A stretch of DNA of 64,000 nucleotides from Chloroflexota bacterium (GTDB lineage Bacteria > Chloroflexota > Dehalococcoidia > GIF9 > UBA5629): assembly GCA_016875875.1 (NCBI GenBank), contig VGOP01000008.1, positions 19,834-83,833 on the forward strand, given 5' to 3'. A program made the translations under genes and the position numbers. Of the stretch, positions 20,002 through 29,512 are shown piece after piece; positions within the stretch are counted from its first letter, which is position 1, and each line of letters begins with the position of its first letter. The notes under the pieces are model-generated. The model ran no database searches and was not told the DNA's origin. It saw only the letters and a program-made list of their open reading frames with translations.

Positions 20002-20413
20002 GCCGACATCACGTGAAATTGCTGAGCTTCTGGCAGTAGCTGATCGCTCTCTGAAGGATTGTCAGATCGCTGGACTAAGCAGTGATGGCAAGCTGGATAT
20101 GGCACATAATGCTGCCCTGCAATCTTCTGCTGCAGCGCTAGCTGCTGCCGGGTATAGGGCAAGTCGAGAAGCTTACCACTACTATGTAATCCAGTCTCTT
20201 TCTATTACCCTTCAACTGGAAGAACGCATCATCCGCAGGCTTAATAAACTACGCCTTAAACGGAATATTAGCGACTACGAGCGCCCCGGTTTGGTTAGTG
20301 AGCAGGAAGCACAGGAGATGCTTGAACTGGCAAAACTAATACGCCAGAAAGTTGAGGAGTGGATACGAAATCACTATCCAGAACTCGCCAAGGAGCTTAA
20401 TGCCAGCGCATGA
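19949..20413 (+). CDS. HEPN-domain protein (putative toxin)
   Basis: Overlaps the MNT gene; helical; RN..DY motif. Confidence 0.75.
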   Translation: MKMSFSLWLGKGWLKEHKPTSREIAELLAVADRSLKDCQIAGLSSDGKLDMAHNAALQSSAAALAAAGYRASREAYHYYVIQSLSITLQLEERIIRRLNKLRLKRNISDYERPGLVSEQEAQEMLELAKLIRQKVEEWIRNHYPELAKELNASA

Positions 20414-20852
20414 CATCATAGATAACCGAAAAGAGACACTGGTTGACCACATCAACCGTATACTGAACTCCACGGAAGCGGCACGGTTTGCCGTCGGCTA
20501 TTTCTTTCTCTCCGGTCTCACCAGCATCGCCGGAAAGTTGAAAGGCATAAAGGAGCTGCGCCTGCTTATCGGCAACACCACCAATCGCGAGACACTGGAA
20601 CAACTGGCTGAAGGCTACCGACGGCTGGAACTGGTTAAAGACGCCGCCGAGGCTCAGGCGTACCCCAAGAAGGCTAAAGAGAAGCAGATGGCTGGGGAGA
20701 CTGCAGAAAATGTCCGCACCAGCATGGAGCTTATGGACCAGACCGATGAAGGGGAAAGCCTGGTAAGAGAGATGGTGCGGATGATAGAAGACAAGCGCCA
20801 CAGCAATATCAAAGTAATGCACAGCGCCGAACTTCTGGCAAGGTCCCTGTAA
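20400..20852 (+). pseudogene. Truncated N-terminus of a PLD/helicase-type restriction-associated protein, fused to a copy of the LutB C-terminus
   Basis: DIIDNR, AVGYFFLSG and RLLIG motifs; ends before an HxK motif and continues into the duplicated LutB tail HSAELLARSL. Confidence 0.7.
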
Positions 20853-20909
20853 GTAACGTGGTTGGGCCGCTTGATAGTGGGAGTTGGGCTAGGCGTCTAG
20901 TAAACAATC
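20789..20909 (+). repeat. Direct repeat copy B of the lutB 3' end
   Basis: About 6 mismatches in the first 79 nt versus copy A, plus a 22-nt indel bounded by GTTGGGC. Confidence 0.9.
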
Positions 20910-20963
20910 ATAACGGAATGTTTAATTCTTGACACCTGTGCCTAACTGACTTAAAGTTATAGT

Positions 20964-23900
20964 ATGACGCTTCAGACTATCCAGCAGTACTACACCAAAG
21001 TCGAAAAGCTCATTCAGTATGGTGGTTCGAGGAATGAGCGTGCCATACGTTCTGCTTTCCAAAACTTGTTGGAGCAATATTGCGCTGATAAGAACCTTCA
21101 GCTTATTCCTGAACTGGATTATAAAACCAAATACGGTACTACAGTCACGCCGGATGGTACGCTGAAAGACGCCTTGCGCCAAGACTGGGGTTATTGGGAG
21201 AGCAAAGACCAGTTTGATTTGCTCGATGAAGAAATTCAAAACAAACTCGATAAAGGCTATCCAACCACCAACATTCTCTTCGAGGATAGCCAGACCACTG
21301 TACTGATACAAAACGGGCAAGAGGTCGGACGTGTTGAAATCAACAATCCCGCTTCACTTCATGAGCTCTTGGTTCAGTTTGTCAGTTATGAACCTAAAGA
21401 GGTTCAGACATTCCGCCAGGCTATTGATAAATTCAAACAGGACTTGCCCGGTCTGCTCACAGAATTACGAGCTCTGATTGAAACTCAAGCACAGCAAAAC
21501 TCTGCTTTTGCCCAAGCCCGAAACGACTTCCTTGAACTCTGCCGTGAATCCATCAATCCCCATATTGTCCTGGCAGACGTCCGCGAAATGCTCATTCAGC
21601 ATATTTTGACTGAAGATATTTTTATCACCATCTTCAATAATGCCCAGTTTCACCGCGAAAACAACATTGCCCGCGAACTCTCGAAAATTATTCAAACCTT
21701 CCTTACAGGTTCAATCCGTCAGAACATTCTCAGCAAAATTGACCCCTACATTAAAGTCATTAAAGCCGCCGCTAGCAGCATCTATGACCACCATGAGAAA
21801 CAACGCTTCCTTAAAGTGGTATATGAGAACTTTTACAGGGCTTATAATCCCGCTGGGGCTGACCGCCTAGGCATTATCTATACACCCAACGAAATTGTCC
21901 GCTTCATGGTTGGAGCCGCAGATTACCTCACCTACAAACATTTTAACCGTGTTCTTGGCGATAAGGACGTTGAAATCCTTGATCCTGCTACCGGCACCGG
22001 CACATTCATTACGGAAATCATAGAATACCTGCCCAAGAACTGCTTGCAATACAAGTACGAGAACGAAATCCACTGCAACGAAGTAGCCATACTGCCTTAC
22101 TATATCGCCAACCTCAATATTGAATATACCTTTTTCCAAAAAATGGGCTTCTATTCGGAATTCAAAAATATCTGCTTTGTGGATACCCTGGACAATCTGG
22201 GCTTCATTTTTGATGAGAAGCAGTCGCATTTCCTTTCTATTAGCGCTGAGAACCTTGAGCGTATCAAGCAACAGAACCAGCGTAAGATTTCCGTCATTAT
22301 CGGTAACCCACCTTATAATGCCAACCAGCTTAATGAGAATGAAAACAACAAGAACCGACCGTATCCCCAAATTGATAAGAGGATTAAGGAAACCTACATC
22401 AAAAACAGCACCGCTCAGAAAACCAAACTTTACGATATGTACTCCCGCTTTATCCGCTGGGCTAGCGACAGGCTACCGCCAAATGGCGTCTTGGCTTTTA
22501 TTACAAATCGCTCTTTTATAAACGCCAGGACATACGATGGTTTCCGCAAGGTCGTATCTGACGAATTCTCCGACATCTACATTATTGACTTGGGTGGTGA
22601 TGTGAGAGCTAACCCGAAGCTTTCCGGTCCTAAGCATAATGTCTTTGCTATTCAGACAGGCGTTGCCATAACCTTTTTTGTTAAAAATGAACACGGAAAA
22701 GGCATTCCTTGTAATATCTTTTATACTCGCCGCCCAGAAATGGAAACAGCACGGGAAAAGCTTCAATTCCTTGCCACCACAAAGCTTAAAGATCTGTCTT
22801 TTGACCGCATCCACCCAGATAAAAACAATAATTGGATAAATCTAGCTCAAAACGAGTGGGATAATTTCTTACCTGTTGCCTACCAAGGCAATGCGAAGAT
22901 TATTAATCAAGAGTCAATCTTTATACGCTCTTGCCCTGGCGTAGTCACTGCTAGGGATGAATGGGTATATGACCTCAACGGAAAAACGCTGCTAGAAAAA
23001 ATTCTCTTCTTGATTTCAGTCTACAATGCAGACTTGAAGAAATATCAAGCATTAACTACTCAGACTTCTATTGACGATTTCGTTGACTATCAGATCAAGT
23101 GGAGTGCAGGACTGAAAACAAACCTATTGAATAACAAAGTCATCAAATTCAGCCGACATAAACTTGCCACATCAGCCTACCGGCCATTTGTAGACAAGAA
23201 ATATTACTTTGAGCCTTTACTAAGTGACAGGCTAACTCGGCATCATCTTGGCATTTTCGGAGGCTCCGCAGACAAGCCTAACATAATAATTTGCCTCTCA
23301 GGTTCATCTTCAAACAAGCCATTTCAGAGTTTGGTCTCTAATAAAGTGTGTTCTTTCGATTTTCTCGAGAAGACCCAGTGCCTTCCACTCCACCACTATG
23401 ATAAGCATGGCAACCGCCTTGACAATATCACAGATTGGGCATTACAGCAGTTTAGAGAGCATTGCAAAGATACCAAAATCACGAAAGAATCCATTTTTCT
23501 TTACGTCTACGCTGTCTTGCATCACCCCTTGTATAGAGAGAAGTATGCCATCAACCTGAAACGTGAATTACCGCGTATTCCTTTCTATGACAACTTCCAG
23601 CAATGGGAGAGCTGGGGGCGTCAGCTCATGGACTTACATATCAATTATGAAACTGCTAATCCTTACCCATTGCAGAGAATTGACCTGAAAGCGGATTCTT
23701 CAAAGCCACCTATCAAATCCAAGCCCCTCTTGAAAGCCGACAAATTTGCCAATTCAATCCGCCTTGATACCATTACCACCCTCAAAAACATTCCCCCCGA
23801 AGTCTGGGAATACAAACTCGGAAATCGTTCCGCGCTTGAGTGGATTCTTGAATATTACAAAGAACGCAAACCAAAAGATCCCACAATCCTCCAAAAATTC

Positions 23901-24032
23901 AATACCTACCGGTTTGCCGACTACAAAGACCAGGTAATTGATTTGCTGGCAAGAGTCTGCACTGTAAGTGTTAAGACGATGCAAATCATCGGAGAAATGG
24001 GCTCGATTTCAAACGGAGACCATTCTCAGTAA
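20964..24032 (+). CDS. Single-chain restriction-modification enzyme (nuclease + N6-adenine MTase + type ISP-like specificity domain)
   Basis: PDG..WESKD nuclease-like motif, YTP, DPATGTGTF, GNPPY; C-terminal YKLGNRSALEW; no helicase motifs; AT-richer than flanks. Confidence 0.85.
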   Translation: MTLQTIQQYYTKVEKLIQYGGSRNERAIRSAFQNLLEQYCADKNLQLIPELDYKTKYGTTVTPDGTLKDALRQDWGYWESKDQFDLLDEEIQNKLDKGYPTTNILFEDSQTTVLIQNGQEVGRVEINNPASLHELLVQFVSYEPKEVQTFRQAIDKFKQDLPGLLTELRALIETQAQQNSAFAQARNDFLELCRESINPHIVLADVREMLIQHILTEDIFITIFNNAQFHRENNIARELSKIIQTFLTGSIRQNILSKIDPYIKVIKAAASSIYDHHEKQRFLKVVYENFYRAYNPAGADRLGIIYTPNEIVRFMVGAADYLTYKHFNRVLGDKDVEILDPATGTGTFITEIIEYLPKNCLQYKYENEIHCNEVAILPYYIANLNIEYTFFQKMGFYSEFKNICFVDTLDNLGFIFDEKQSHFLSISAENLERIKQQNQRKISVIIGNPPYNANQLNENENNKNRPYPQIDKRIKETYIKNSTAQKTKLYDMYSRFIRWASDRLPPNGVLAFITNRSFINARTYDGFRKVVSDEFSDIYIIDLGGDVRANPKLSGPKHNVFAIQTGVAITFFVKNEHGKGIPCNIFYTRRPEMETAREKLQFLATTKLKDLSFDRIHPDKNNNWINLAQNEWDNFLPVAYQGNAKIINQESIFIRSCPGVVTARDEWVYDLNGKTLLEKILFLISVYNADLKKYQALTTQTSIDDFVDYQIKWSAGLKTNLLNNKVIKFSRHKLATSAYRPFVDKKYYFEPLLSDRLTRHHLGIFGGSADKPNIIICLSGSSSNKPFQSLVSNKVCSFDFLEKTQCLPLHHYDKHGNRLDNITDWALQQFREHCKDTKITKESIFLYVYAVLHHPLYREKYAINLKRELPRIPFYDNFQQWESWGRQLMDLHINYETANPYPLQRIDLKADSSKPPIKSKPLLKADKFANSIRLDTITTLKNIPPEVWEYKLGNRSALEWILEYYKERKPKDPTILQKFNTYRFADYKDQVIDLLARVCTVSVKTMQIIGEMGSISNGDHSQ

Positions 24033-24278
24033 TCAAACTACTCTGATGAGGCCTTCTAAATAGCTCTCTGGGTAATGCGCCGAGTCAGCGTTGCACGAAA
24101 CTGACAATTGTTACCTCGGTCAAAGTTAAGCAAACTGTGCGAGCTACAGACCAGTTATTCCTCGGTCATTGGGCCAGTTAGCCACCTTGACAGCAAGTGA
24201 GCTGGGATTTAACATAGCGACGGCATTTTATAGGTAATGCTGATTTACAGTTAGCACAGTTCGCAAAGGTGGTGAATT

Positions 24279-25049
24279 ATGCAGGAAATAGTAACCGACC
24301 TCAGGGCTGAGCAGAAAGCCCTTGACGATTTTCTGTCCACTCTTAAAGACGAGCAGTGGGACCTGCCAACCCCGGCAGAAGGATGGATGGTGAGAGACTG
24401 TGTCTCGCACATCGTGCACATTGATGAAGTCGCTACCGCGTTTCTTGGCGGTGATTATGCGGCACTGGATGAAGCGGCTAAGATTGGGATGGCTTTTAAT
24501 GAGACCGGCCCTAAGCGAGGGCGGACAATGAAGCCTTCGCAAATCCTGGAGTGGTGGAGGAATGTCAGAGAGACGGAGTGTGAGCATCTTATGAAAACCG
24601 ACCCTAAAGCGAGGATACCATGGTTCGGGCCGCCGATGGGAGCACGTGCCTTTGCCACGGCACGACTCATGGAAACATGGGCTCATGGCCTCGATTGCTA
24701 TGATGCTGCGGGTGTTGAACCTGTCGATACTGACCGCCTGCGGCATGTGGCCATGATTGCATACCTGGCGAGGCCTTTTGCCTATAGCGTGAACGGTTTA
24801 GAAATGCCGAATACTACCATTCGTATAGAACTGGTGCTGCCGTCCTCGCAAGCCTGGAGTCAGGGTCCTGAGGATGCTAAGGATATTATCCGTGGGACCG
24901 CCAGCGAATTTTGTCGTGTGGCAGTTCGGAGAAGGCATTGGAAAGATATGAAATTAGAGGTAATAGGTAGCGAGGCAAGACGCTTTATCGAGATAGTTCA
25001 GACGTACGCTGGCCCACCGGGCTCCGGCCGTAAGCCCAAAAAACAATGA
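24279..25049 (+). CDS. DinB/MDMPI-superfamily metal-binding protein (TIGR03084-like)
   Basis: W..PTPAEGW.V.D.VSH and ARLMETWAHG.D motifs. Confidence 0.85.
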   Translation: MQEIVTDLRAEQKALDDFLSTLKDEQWDLPTPAEGWMVRDCVSHIVHIDEVATAFLGGDYAALDEAAKIGMAFNETGPKRGRTMKPSQILEWWRNVRETECEHLMKTDPKARIPWFGPPMGARAFATARLMETWAHGLDCYDAAGVEPVDTDRLRHVAMIAYLARPFAYSVNGLEMPNTTIRIELVLPSSQAWSQGPEDAKDIIRGTASEFCRVAVRRRHWKDMKLEVIGSEARRFIEIVQTYAGPPGSGRKPKKQ

Positions 25050-25081
25050 ACCTAAATAATCGTGCTGCTACAATCTGGTGG

Positions 25082-25963
25082 TTACCTTAGGTGAACCTGG
25101 TTTAAGGTCTCTTTAGCTATTAGCTCACGATAGGCTAACATAAGGCGTTGGGTTAGTGTTCCTGGTTTTCCTGAGCCGATAGGCTTATTGTCCAGCCGGG
25201 TCAGGGGCATAATTTCAAGTACCGAGTTGGTTAAGAAGACTTCTCTGGCTGTGCGCAGCTCTCCCAGCTCGACGTGTTTCACAACCACCATGATTTCCAG
25301 TGATTTAGCTAATTCCAGCACGGCCTCTCTGGTGATACCAGGCAAGGCGCCGCTTTCTGTAGAAGGTGTAATCAGCATCTGGCAGCTTACCAGGAAGACA
25401 TTTGTGGTGATGCCTTCAGCGACAAAACTTCTTTCGTTAAGCAGCACCGCTTCGTCGGCACCGGCAGCCCTGGCTTCCTGCCGGGCCAAGACATTCTCCA
25501 GATAGCAGGTGGATTTGAGTCTGGAGAGCGGCGACTGGCTGTTGCGTCGATAGGATGACAGAATTGCCGTATAGCCTCGCTGGTAGCTTTTTGGTGGCAG
25601 TGGTACAAGTTTTCGGGCGACGATGAATACGGTGATGTCGCCGCAGGTATCCGGGTTAGGGGTTATATCACCTTCACCAGCCGTTACAGTAAGCCTGAGG
25701 CGGGCTTCAGCGAGGTTATTGGCTTTTAGAACGTCATGGCAAGCCTTCTCCAGGTCAAAAGTTTTTAGCTTGCGAGCTAGACCCAATGTCCTGGCGGCAT
25801 GGTGGAGCCTGGCTAGATGGCGGTCAAGGCGGAAAATGGAGCCACCGTAAGAGCGCATGGTCTCGAAGAGGCCGTAGCCATAAAGGAAACCGTGGTCGAA
25901 GGGCGATATATTGGCCTGAGAGCGGGGAACCAGTTCACCGTTTAGGTAAATAACTTCTTCCAA
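25082..25963 (-). CDS. pabC: Class IV aminotransferase, probable 4-amino-4-deoxychorismate lyase
   Basis: DHGFLYGYGLFET, LKS, LPGITR motifs; follows pabB and pabA. Confidence 0.75.
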   Translation of the reverse strand: MEEVIYLNGELVPRSQANISPFDHGFLYGYGLFETMRSYGGSIFRLDRHLARLHHAARTLGLARKLKTFDLEKACHDVLKANNLAEARLRLTVTAGEGDITPNPDTCGDITVFIVARKLVPLPPKSYQRGYTAILSSYRRNSQSPLSRLKSTCYLENVLARQEARAAGADEAVLLNERSFVAEGITTNVFLVSCQMLITPSTESGALPGITREAVLELAKSLEIMVVVKHVELGELRTAREVFLTNSVLEIMPLTRLDNKPIGSGKPGTLTQRLMLAYRELIAKETLNQVHLR

Positions 25964-25967
25964 TTTT

Positions 25968-26177
25968 CACCCTCACCCTAACCCTCTCCCGTCAAGGGAG
26001 AGGGAATTGAGATTCTTCGACAGGCTCAGAATGAGCGGAGACAGGGCTCGCAATGACAGTTGGGTCGCTGGCAATGACAGAAAAGAAATGTAGGGACAGG
26101 TCTTTAGACCTGTCCGAAGTGGACAGACCTGAAGGTCTGTCCCTACGGGAGATTCTTCGCTTCGCTCAGAATGACAG
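25968..26177. repeat. Mosaic of several REP-like repeat families
   Basis: CCCTCACCCTAACCCTCTCCC..GGGAGAGGG; GTAG..CTAC doublet at 26090-26146; GAGATTCTTCG..GCTCAGAATGA units. Confidence 0.8.
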
Positions 26178-26263
26178 AAAATGAAGGACTGGCAATGGCG
26201 GGTGGTCATTAGTAAATGTTCTTTGTGCACCATGGTTGTTGACATTGTCTTACTAGGCTGAAT

Positions 26264-26845
26264 TTAGGGCCAGATAGGTTCGGTGAAGCGGAGGAAGTTA
26301 GCCAGCAGGTCATGTCCTGCTTCAGTGAGGATAGATTCAGGGTGTATTTGGGCTCCTTCGACTACGTAGTGTTTGTGTCTCACTCCCATTATCTCCCCTT
26401 CCTGAGTCCGGGCAGTGACCTTGAGGCAGGAAGGTAGCTCCTCCGGCTTGATAATCAATGAATGATAGCGGGCTGCGGGGAAGGGATTCTGTATGCCCTC
26501 GTAGATAGCTTGGCCATCATGATGGATAAGAGAAGTCTTACCGTGGACTGGTACCAAGGCTCGCCCCACAATACCGCCATAGACATGGCCAATGCATTGG
26601 TGCCCAAGACAGACACCGAAGATAGGGATTTTGCCGCCAAAGCGGAGTATGACATTGTTGGAAATGCCAGCCTCCAGTGGGGTACAGGGCCCGGGAGAAA
26701 TGACTATATGGCTGGGAGCCAGTTCCTCGATTTCAGCTAGAGTTATTTGGTCGTTGCGATAGACCTGCGGCTCCCAGCGCAATTCGCCCAGATATTGAGC
26801 CAGGTTGTAAACGAATGAATCGTAATTGTCAATGACTAGTATCAT
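26264..26845 (-). CDS. pabA: Aminodeoxychorismate/anthranilate synthase component II
   Basis: IDNYDSF, SPGP, GVCLGHQ, HPES motifs. Confidence 0.88.
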   Translation of the reverse strand: MILVIDNYDSFVYNLAQYLGELRWEPQVYRNDQITLAEIEELAPSHIVISPGPCTPLEAGISNNVILRFGGKIPIFGVCLGHQCIGHVYGGIVGRALVPVHGKTSLIHHDGQAIYEGIQNPFPAARYHSLIIKPEELPSCLKVTARTQEGEIMGVRHKHYVVEGAQIHPESILTEAGHDLLANFLRFTEPIWP

Positions 26846-26891
26846 GGTATTGTTTGTTGTTGCGAATGGCAAAAGTTTCGAAGTAGCACTT

Positions 26892-26924
26892 GAGATTGCC
26901 ACGCTTCGCTCGCAATGACAGAAA
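26892..26924. repeat. REP-like unit GAGATTGCCACGCTTCGCTCGCAATGACAGAAA
   Basis: Exact inverted copy at 14162-14194. Confidence 0.8.
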
Positions 26925-26938
26925 GGGATTTGACAGTA

Positions 26939-28381
26939 TCATTTGGTCTCCACAGCCACCCTCGGTGCCAGCCGAAGCGCCTGAATCAGGGCCTTAGCCT
27001 TGTCCATAGTTTCCTGATATTCTGACTCGGCGTTGGAATCATAGATGATACCGCCACCGACCTGAAAGTAGGCTTTATTGCCTTTGATTATAAAGGTGCG
27101 GATGACTATGTTGAGGTCGAGATTATGGCCGAAGCTGAGATAACCGATGGCGCCGGTGTAGACACTTCTTCTCGTTGGCTCGAGTTCATCTATAATCTCC
27201 ATGGCCCGCACCTTAGGGGCACCGGTAATAGAACCGCCGGGAAAAGTGGCTTTCAGAAGGTCAAGGCGATTTTTATCGGGACGCAGCTTACCGACAACTG
27301 TAGAAGTTAAATGAAAGACGGTGGGAAAAGTCTCAAGTATAGCCAGCTCGGTAACTTTCACCGTGCCGTACTGGCAGACCCTGCCCAGGTCATTTCTCTC
27401 GAGGTCGACAATCATCACATTCTCGGCGCGGTCTTTGATGCTATTAAGCAGCTCTTGTGCCAGCATGGCGTCTTCAACCGGGTTTTTACCTCGTGGCTTA
27501 GTGCCCTTTATCGGGCGTGTCTCTACCCGGTCACCGTCTAGGCGAAGGAATCTCTCTGGAGAGGCACTGATGATGGTTACCCCATCGAAGTTCAGATAAC
27601 TGGCGAACGGGGCTGGGTTAATTTGTCTCAAGCGGCGGTAAAGTTCATAAGGAGGAACGGTCAAATCGGTCTCGAAGCGCTGGGAAAGATTGACCTGGAA
27701 GACATCACCGGCGGCGATATATTCCCTGACCCTGTTAACAGCCTCCATATAGGCTTCAGGAGTGAAATTGGACCTGAGCACAGCTTCGGTTGGGCTTTTG
27801 GCGCTTTGCAGATTGGTTTCTGGGACAGTGGGTAGAGATGAAGAAAGCCGGCCTTTCAGCTCCTCAAGGCGTAGCCTGGCTCTTTTTGTTCGGCGGTCTT
27901 CGTCGAGTTCTGGGAAGCCTGTTGAGACGATATAGGCTTTGCCCACAAGATTATCAAAGGCGAAAATTGTGTCATAGAAACCAAAATAACTCTCCGGTAA
28001 TTTCAGGTCGTCTATAGCTGTAGTGGGGAGTCGCTCGATGAAATGGCACAGGTCATAGCTGAGATAGCCAACAGCACCACCCCAAAAGGGGATAGTTGTC
28101 GGGACGTGGTCCAGTCTGTATGTATCGAGCAGCTTGCCCAGAATATCAAAGGGATTACCTTGTTTGATTTCCTGCTCGTCTCGCCGTATAAGCGTGACCT
28201 GATTGCCCCGGCTTCTTATTATCAGAAATGGGTCAGCGCCAATGAAGGAGTATCTTCCCAGCCTCTGAGGGTTCATGCCACTGTCCAGAAAGAAGCTGTG
28301 TAGCTCACCCTGGAACAGGCCAAAGGTTTCAGGGGGAGTTAGCGAAGCATGAATTTCCTCAATTAGCGGGTAACGGTTCAT
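26939..28381 (-). CDS. pabB: Aminodeoxychorismate synthase component I
   Basis: SPERF, PIKGT, ENVMIVDLERND, PGGSITGAPK motifs. Confidence 0.88.
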   Translation of the reverse strand: MNRYPLIEEIHASLTPPETFGLFQGELHSFFLDSGMNPQRLGRYSFIGADPFLIIRSRGNQVTLIRRDEQEIKQGNPFDILGKLLDTYRLDHVPTTIPFWGGAVGYLSYDLCHFIERLPTTAIDDLKLPESYFGFYDTIFAFDNLVGKAYIVSTGFPELDEDRRTKRARLRLEELKGRLSSSLPTVPETNLQSAKSPTEAVLRSNFTPEAYMEAVNRVREYIAAGDVFQVNLSQRFETDLTVPPYELYRRLRQINPAPFASYLNFDGVTIISASPERFLRLDGDRVETRPIKGTKPRGKNPVEDAMLAQELLNSIKDRAENVMIVDLERNDLGRVCQYGTVKVTELAILETFPTVFHLTSTVVGKLRPDKNRLDLLKATFPGGSITGAPKVRAMEIIDELEPTRRSVYTGAIGYLSFGHNLDLNIVIRTFIIKGNKAYFQVGGGIIYDSNAESEYQETMDKAKALIQALRLAPRVAVETK

Positions 28382-28597
28382 TCGCGTCATTATACATCTA
28401 GCAAGACTGGATTGAAATATCCATAGTTTACCAGGATTCTTGCTATTTTTATTCGGCATTGTATAGGAGTAACATTGACTTGACAACCAGTGCAGCATGT
28501 GCTAAATTTTCTTCACCTTAACGTAAACTGGAGGCCTTTAGGCAAGTGTGACAGTTTGAGCTTTGCTGGTGCTGTACTTAGAAATTCAGGAGGGATA

Positions 28598-28999
28598 GTG
28601 AAAACAGAAACGATAGCGCCACCTGAGAAAGAGACTATGAGCATTGGTGAGTTAGCACGGCGAATTGGCTTAACTACTCGTACGGTTCGCTACTATGAAG
28701 AGATGGGGCTGCTCGTAGGTGTGACCCGTGGAACAAACGGGCGCCGAATCTATACTGAGGAAGACCTTTATCAACTGCGCCTTATACGACGTGGTAAACT
28801 ACTCCTGGGGCTATCGCTGGCCGAGATGAAAGAGCTGGTTGAAGTGTTCAGGCAGACTGGCACTGAAAGGAGTGTTATCCAGCGCAGTATTGAGATCTTG
28901 ACGTCTCATCTTGACGAGGTGGAAGACAAGCTGAAAAAGCTGGAAAGCTATCGGAGGTTGCTGGCTGCAGAAATCAAACGAGTTAAAGGACTGCTATAA
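28598..28999 (+). CDS. MerR-family transcriptional regulator
   Basis: SIGELA..T.RTVRYYEE.GL and R.Y motifs; AGGAGG SD before GTG. Confidence 0.9.
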   Translation: MKTETIAPPEKETMSIGELARRIGLTTRTVRYYEEMGLLVGVTRGTNGRRIYTEEDLYQLRLIRRGKLLLGLSLAEMKELVEVFRQTGTERSVIQRSIEILTSHLDEVEDKLKKLESYRRLLAAEIKRVKGLL

Positions 29000-29095
29000 A
29001 ATTGGCTGGACGATATAGGCTGGGGAACATGAGAAACGCGTACCTCCCCGTGCCTCGAAGACTATAGTAGATAGAATTTTGCAAGAGGATTAAAT

Positions 29096-29512
29096 ATGGC
29101 AGATTCAATTCGGGTTCTGTTAGGCAAAATCGGGCTCGATGGCCATGACAGGGGCATCAGAATGGTGGCGGCCTGGCTGCGCGATGGGGGCATGGAAGTG
29201 GTTTATGTGGGAACGCATCAAACAGCGGAAAGGCTGGCCAGAGCTGCCAGCGAGGAAGACGCGGATGTCATCGGGCTAAGCTTTCAGGGCGCTGACCATG
29301 TGCCCCTGTGTAAGCAGATGTTAGAGCAGATGAAGGCACATGGCTTACAGGACAGGCTCCTGGTTGTTGGCGGCAATATCCCTCGCGTTGATATCCCCTT
29401 ACTTAAAGAGATGGGTGTGGATGCAATTTTTGCCAGTGGCACTCCAATGAGTAAATCGGTGGCATATATTCAAGAGAATGCACACAAAAAACGCAGCAAG
29501 GAGGCGAAATGA
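29096..29512 (+). CDS. Cobalamin-binding small subunit of an acyl-CoA mutase
   Basis: DGHDRG (DxHxxG) motif, IGLS, VGG. Confidence 0.92.
   Translation: MADSIRVLLGKIGLDGHDRGIRMVAAWLRDGGMEVVYVGTHQTAERLARAASEEDADVIGLSFQGADHVPLCKQMLEQMKAHGLQDRLLVVGGNIPRVDIPLLKEMGVDAIFASGTPMSKSVAYIQENAHKKRSKEAK

Noticed and set aside
19166..20909. Diversity-generating retroelement TR/VR pair
   Set aside because: Mismatches are not restricted to adenines in one copy, the repeat extends into noncoding DNA, and no reverse transcriptase is present.
25968..26177. Possible CRISPR array
   Set aside because: Repeats are heterogeneous palindromes without regular spacers, and there are no cas genes.
25973..26245. 90-aa ORF between pabA and pabC
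   Set aside because: It is a translation of REP-like repeats, not a plausible protein.
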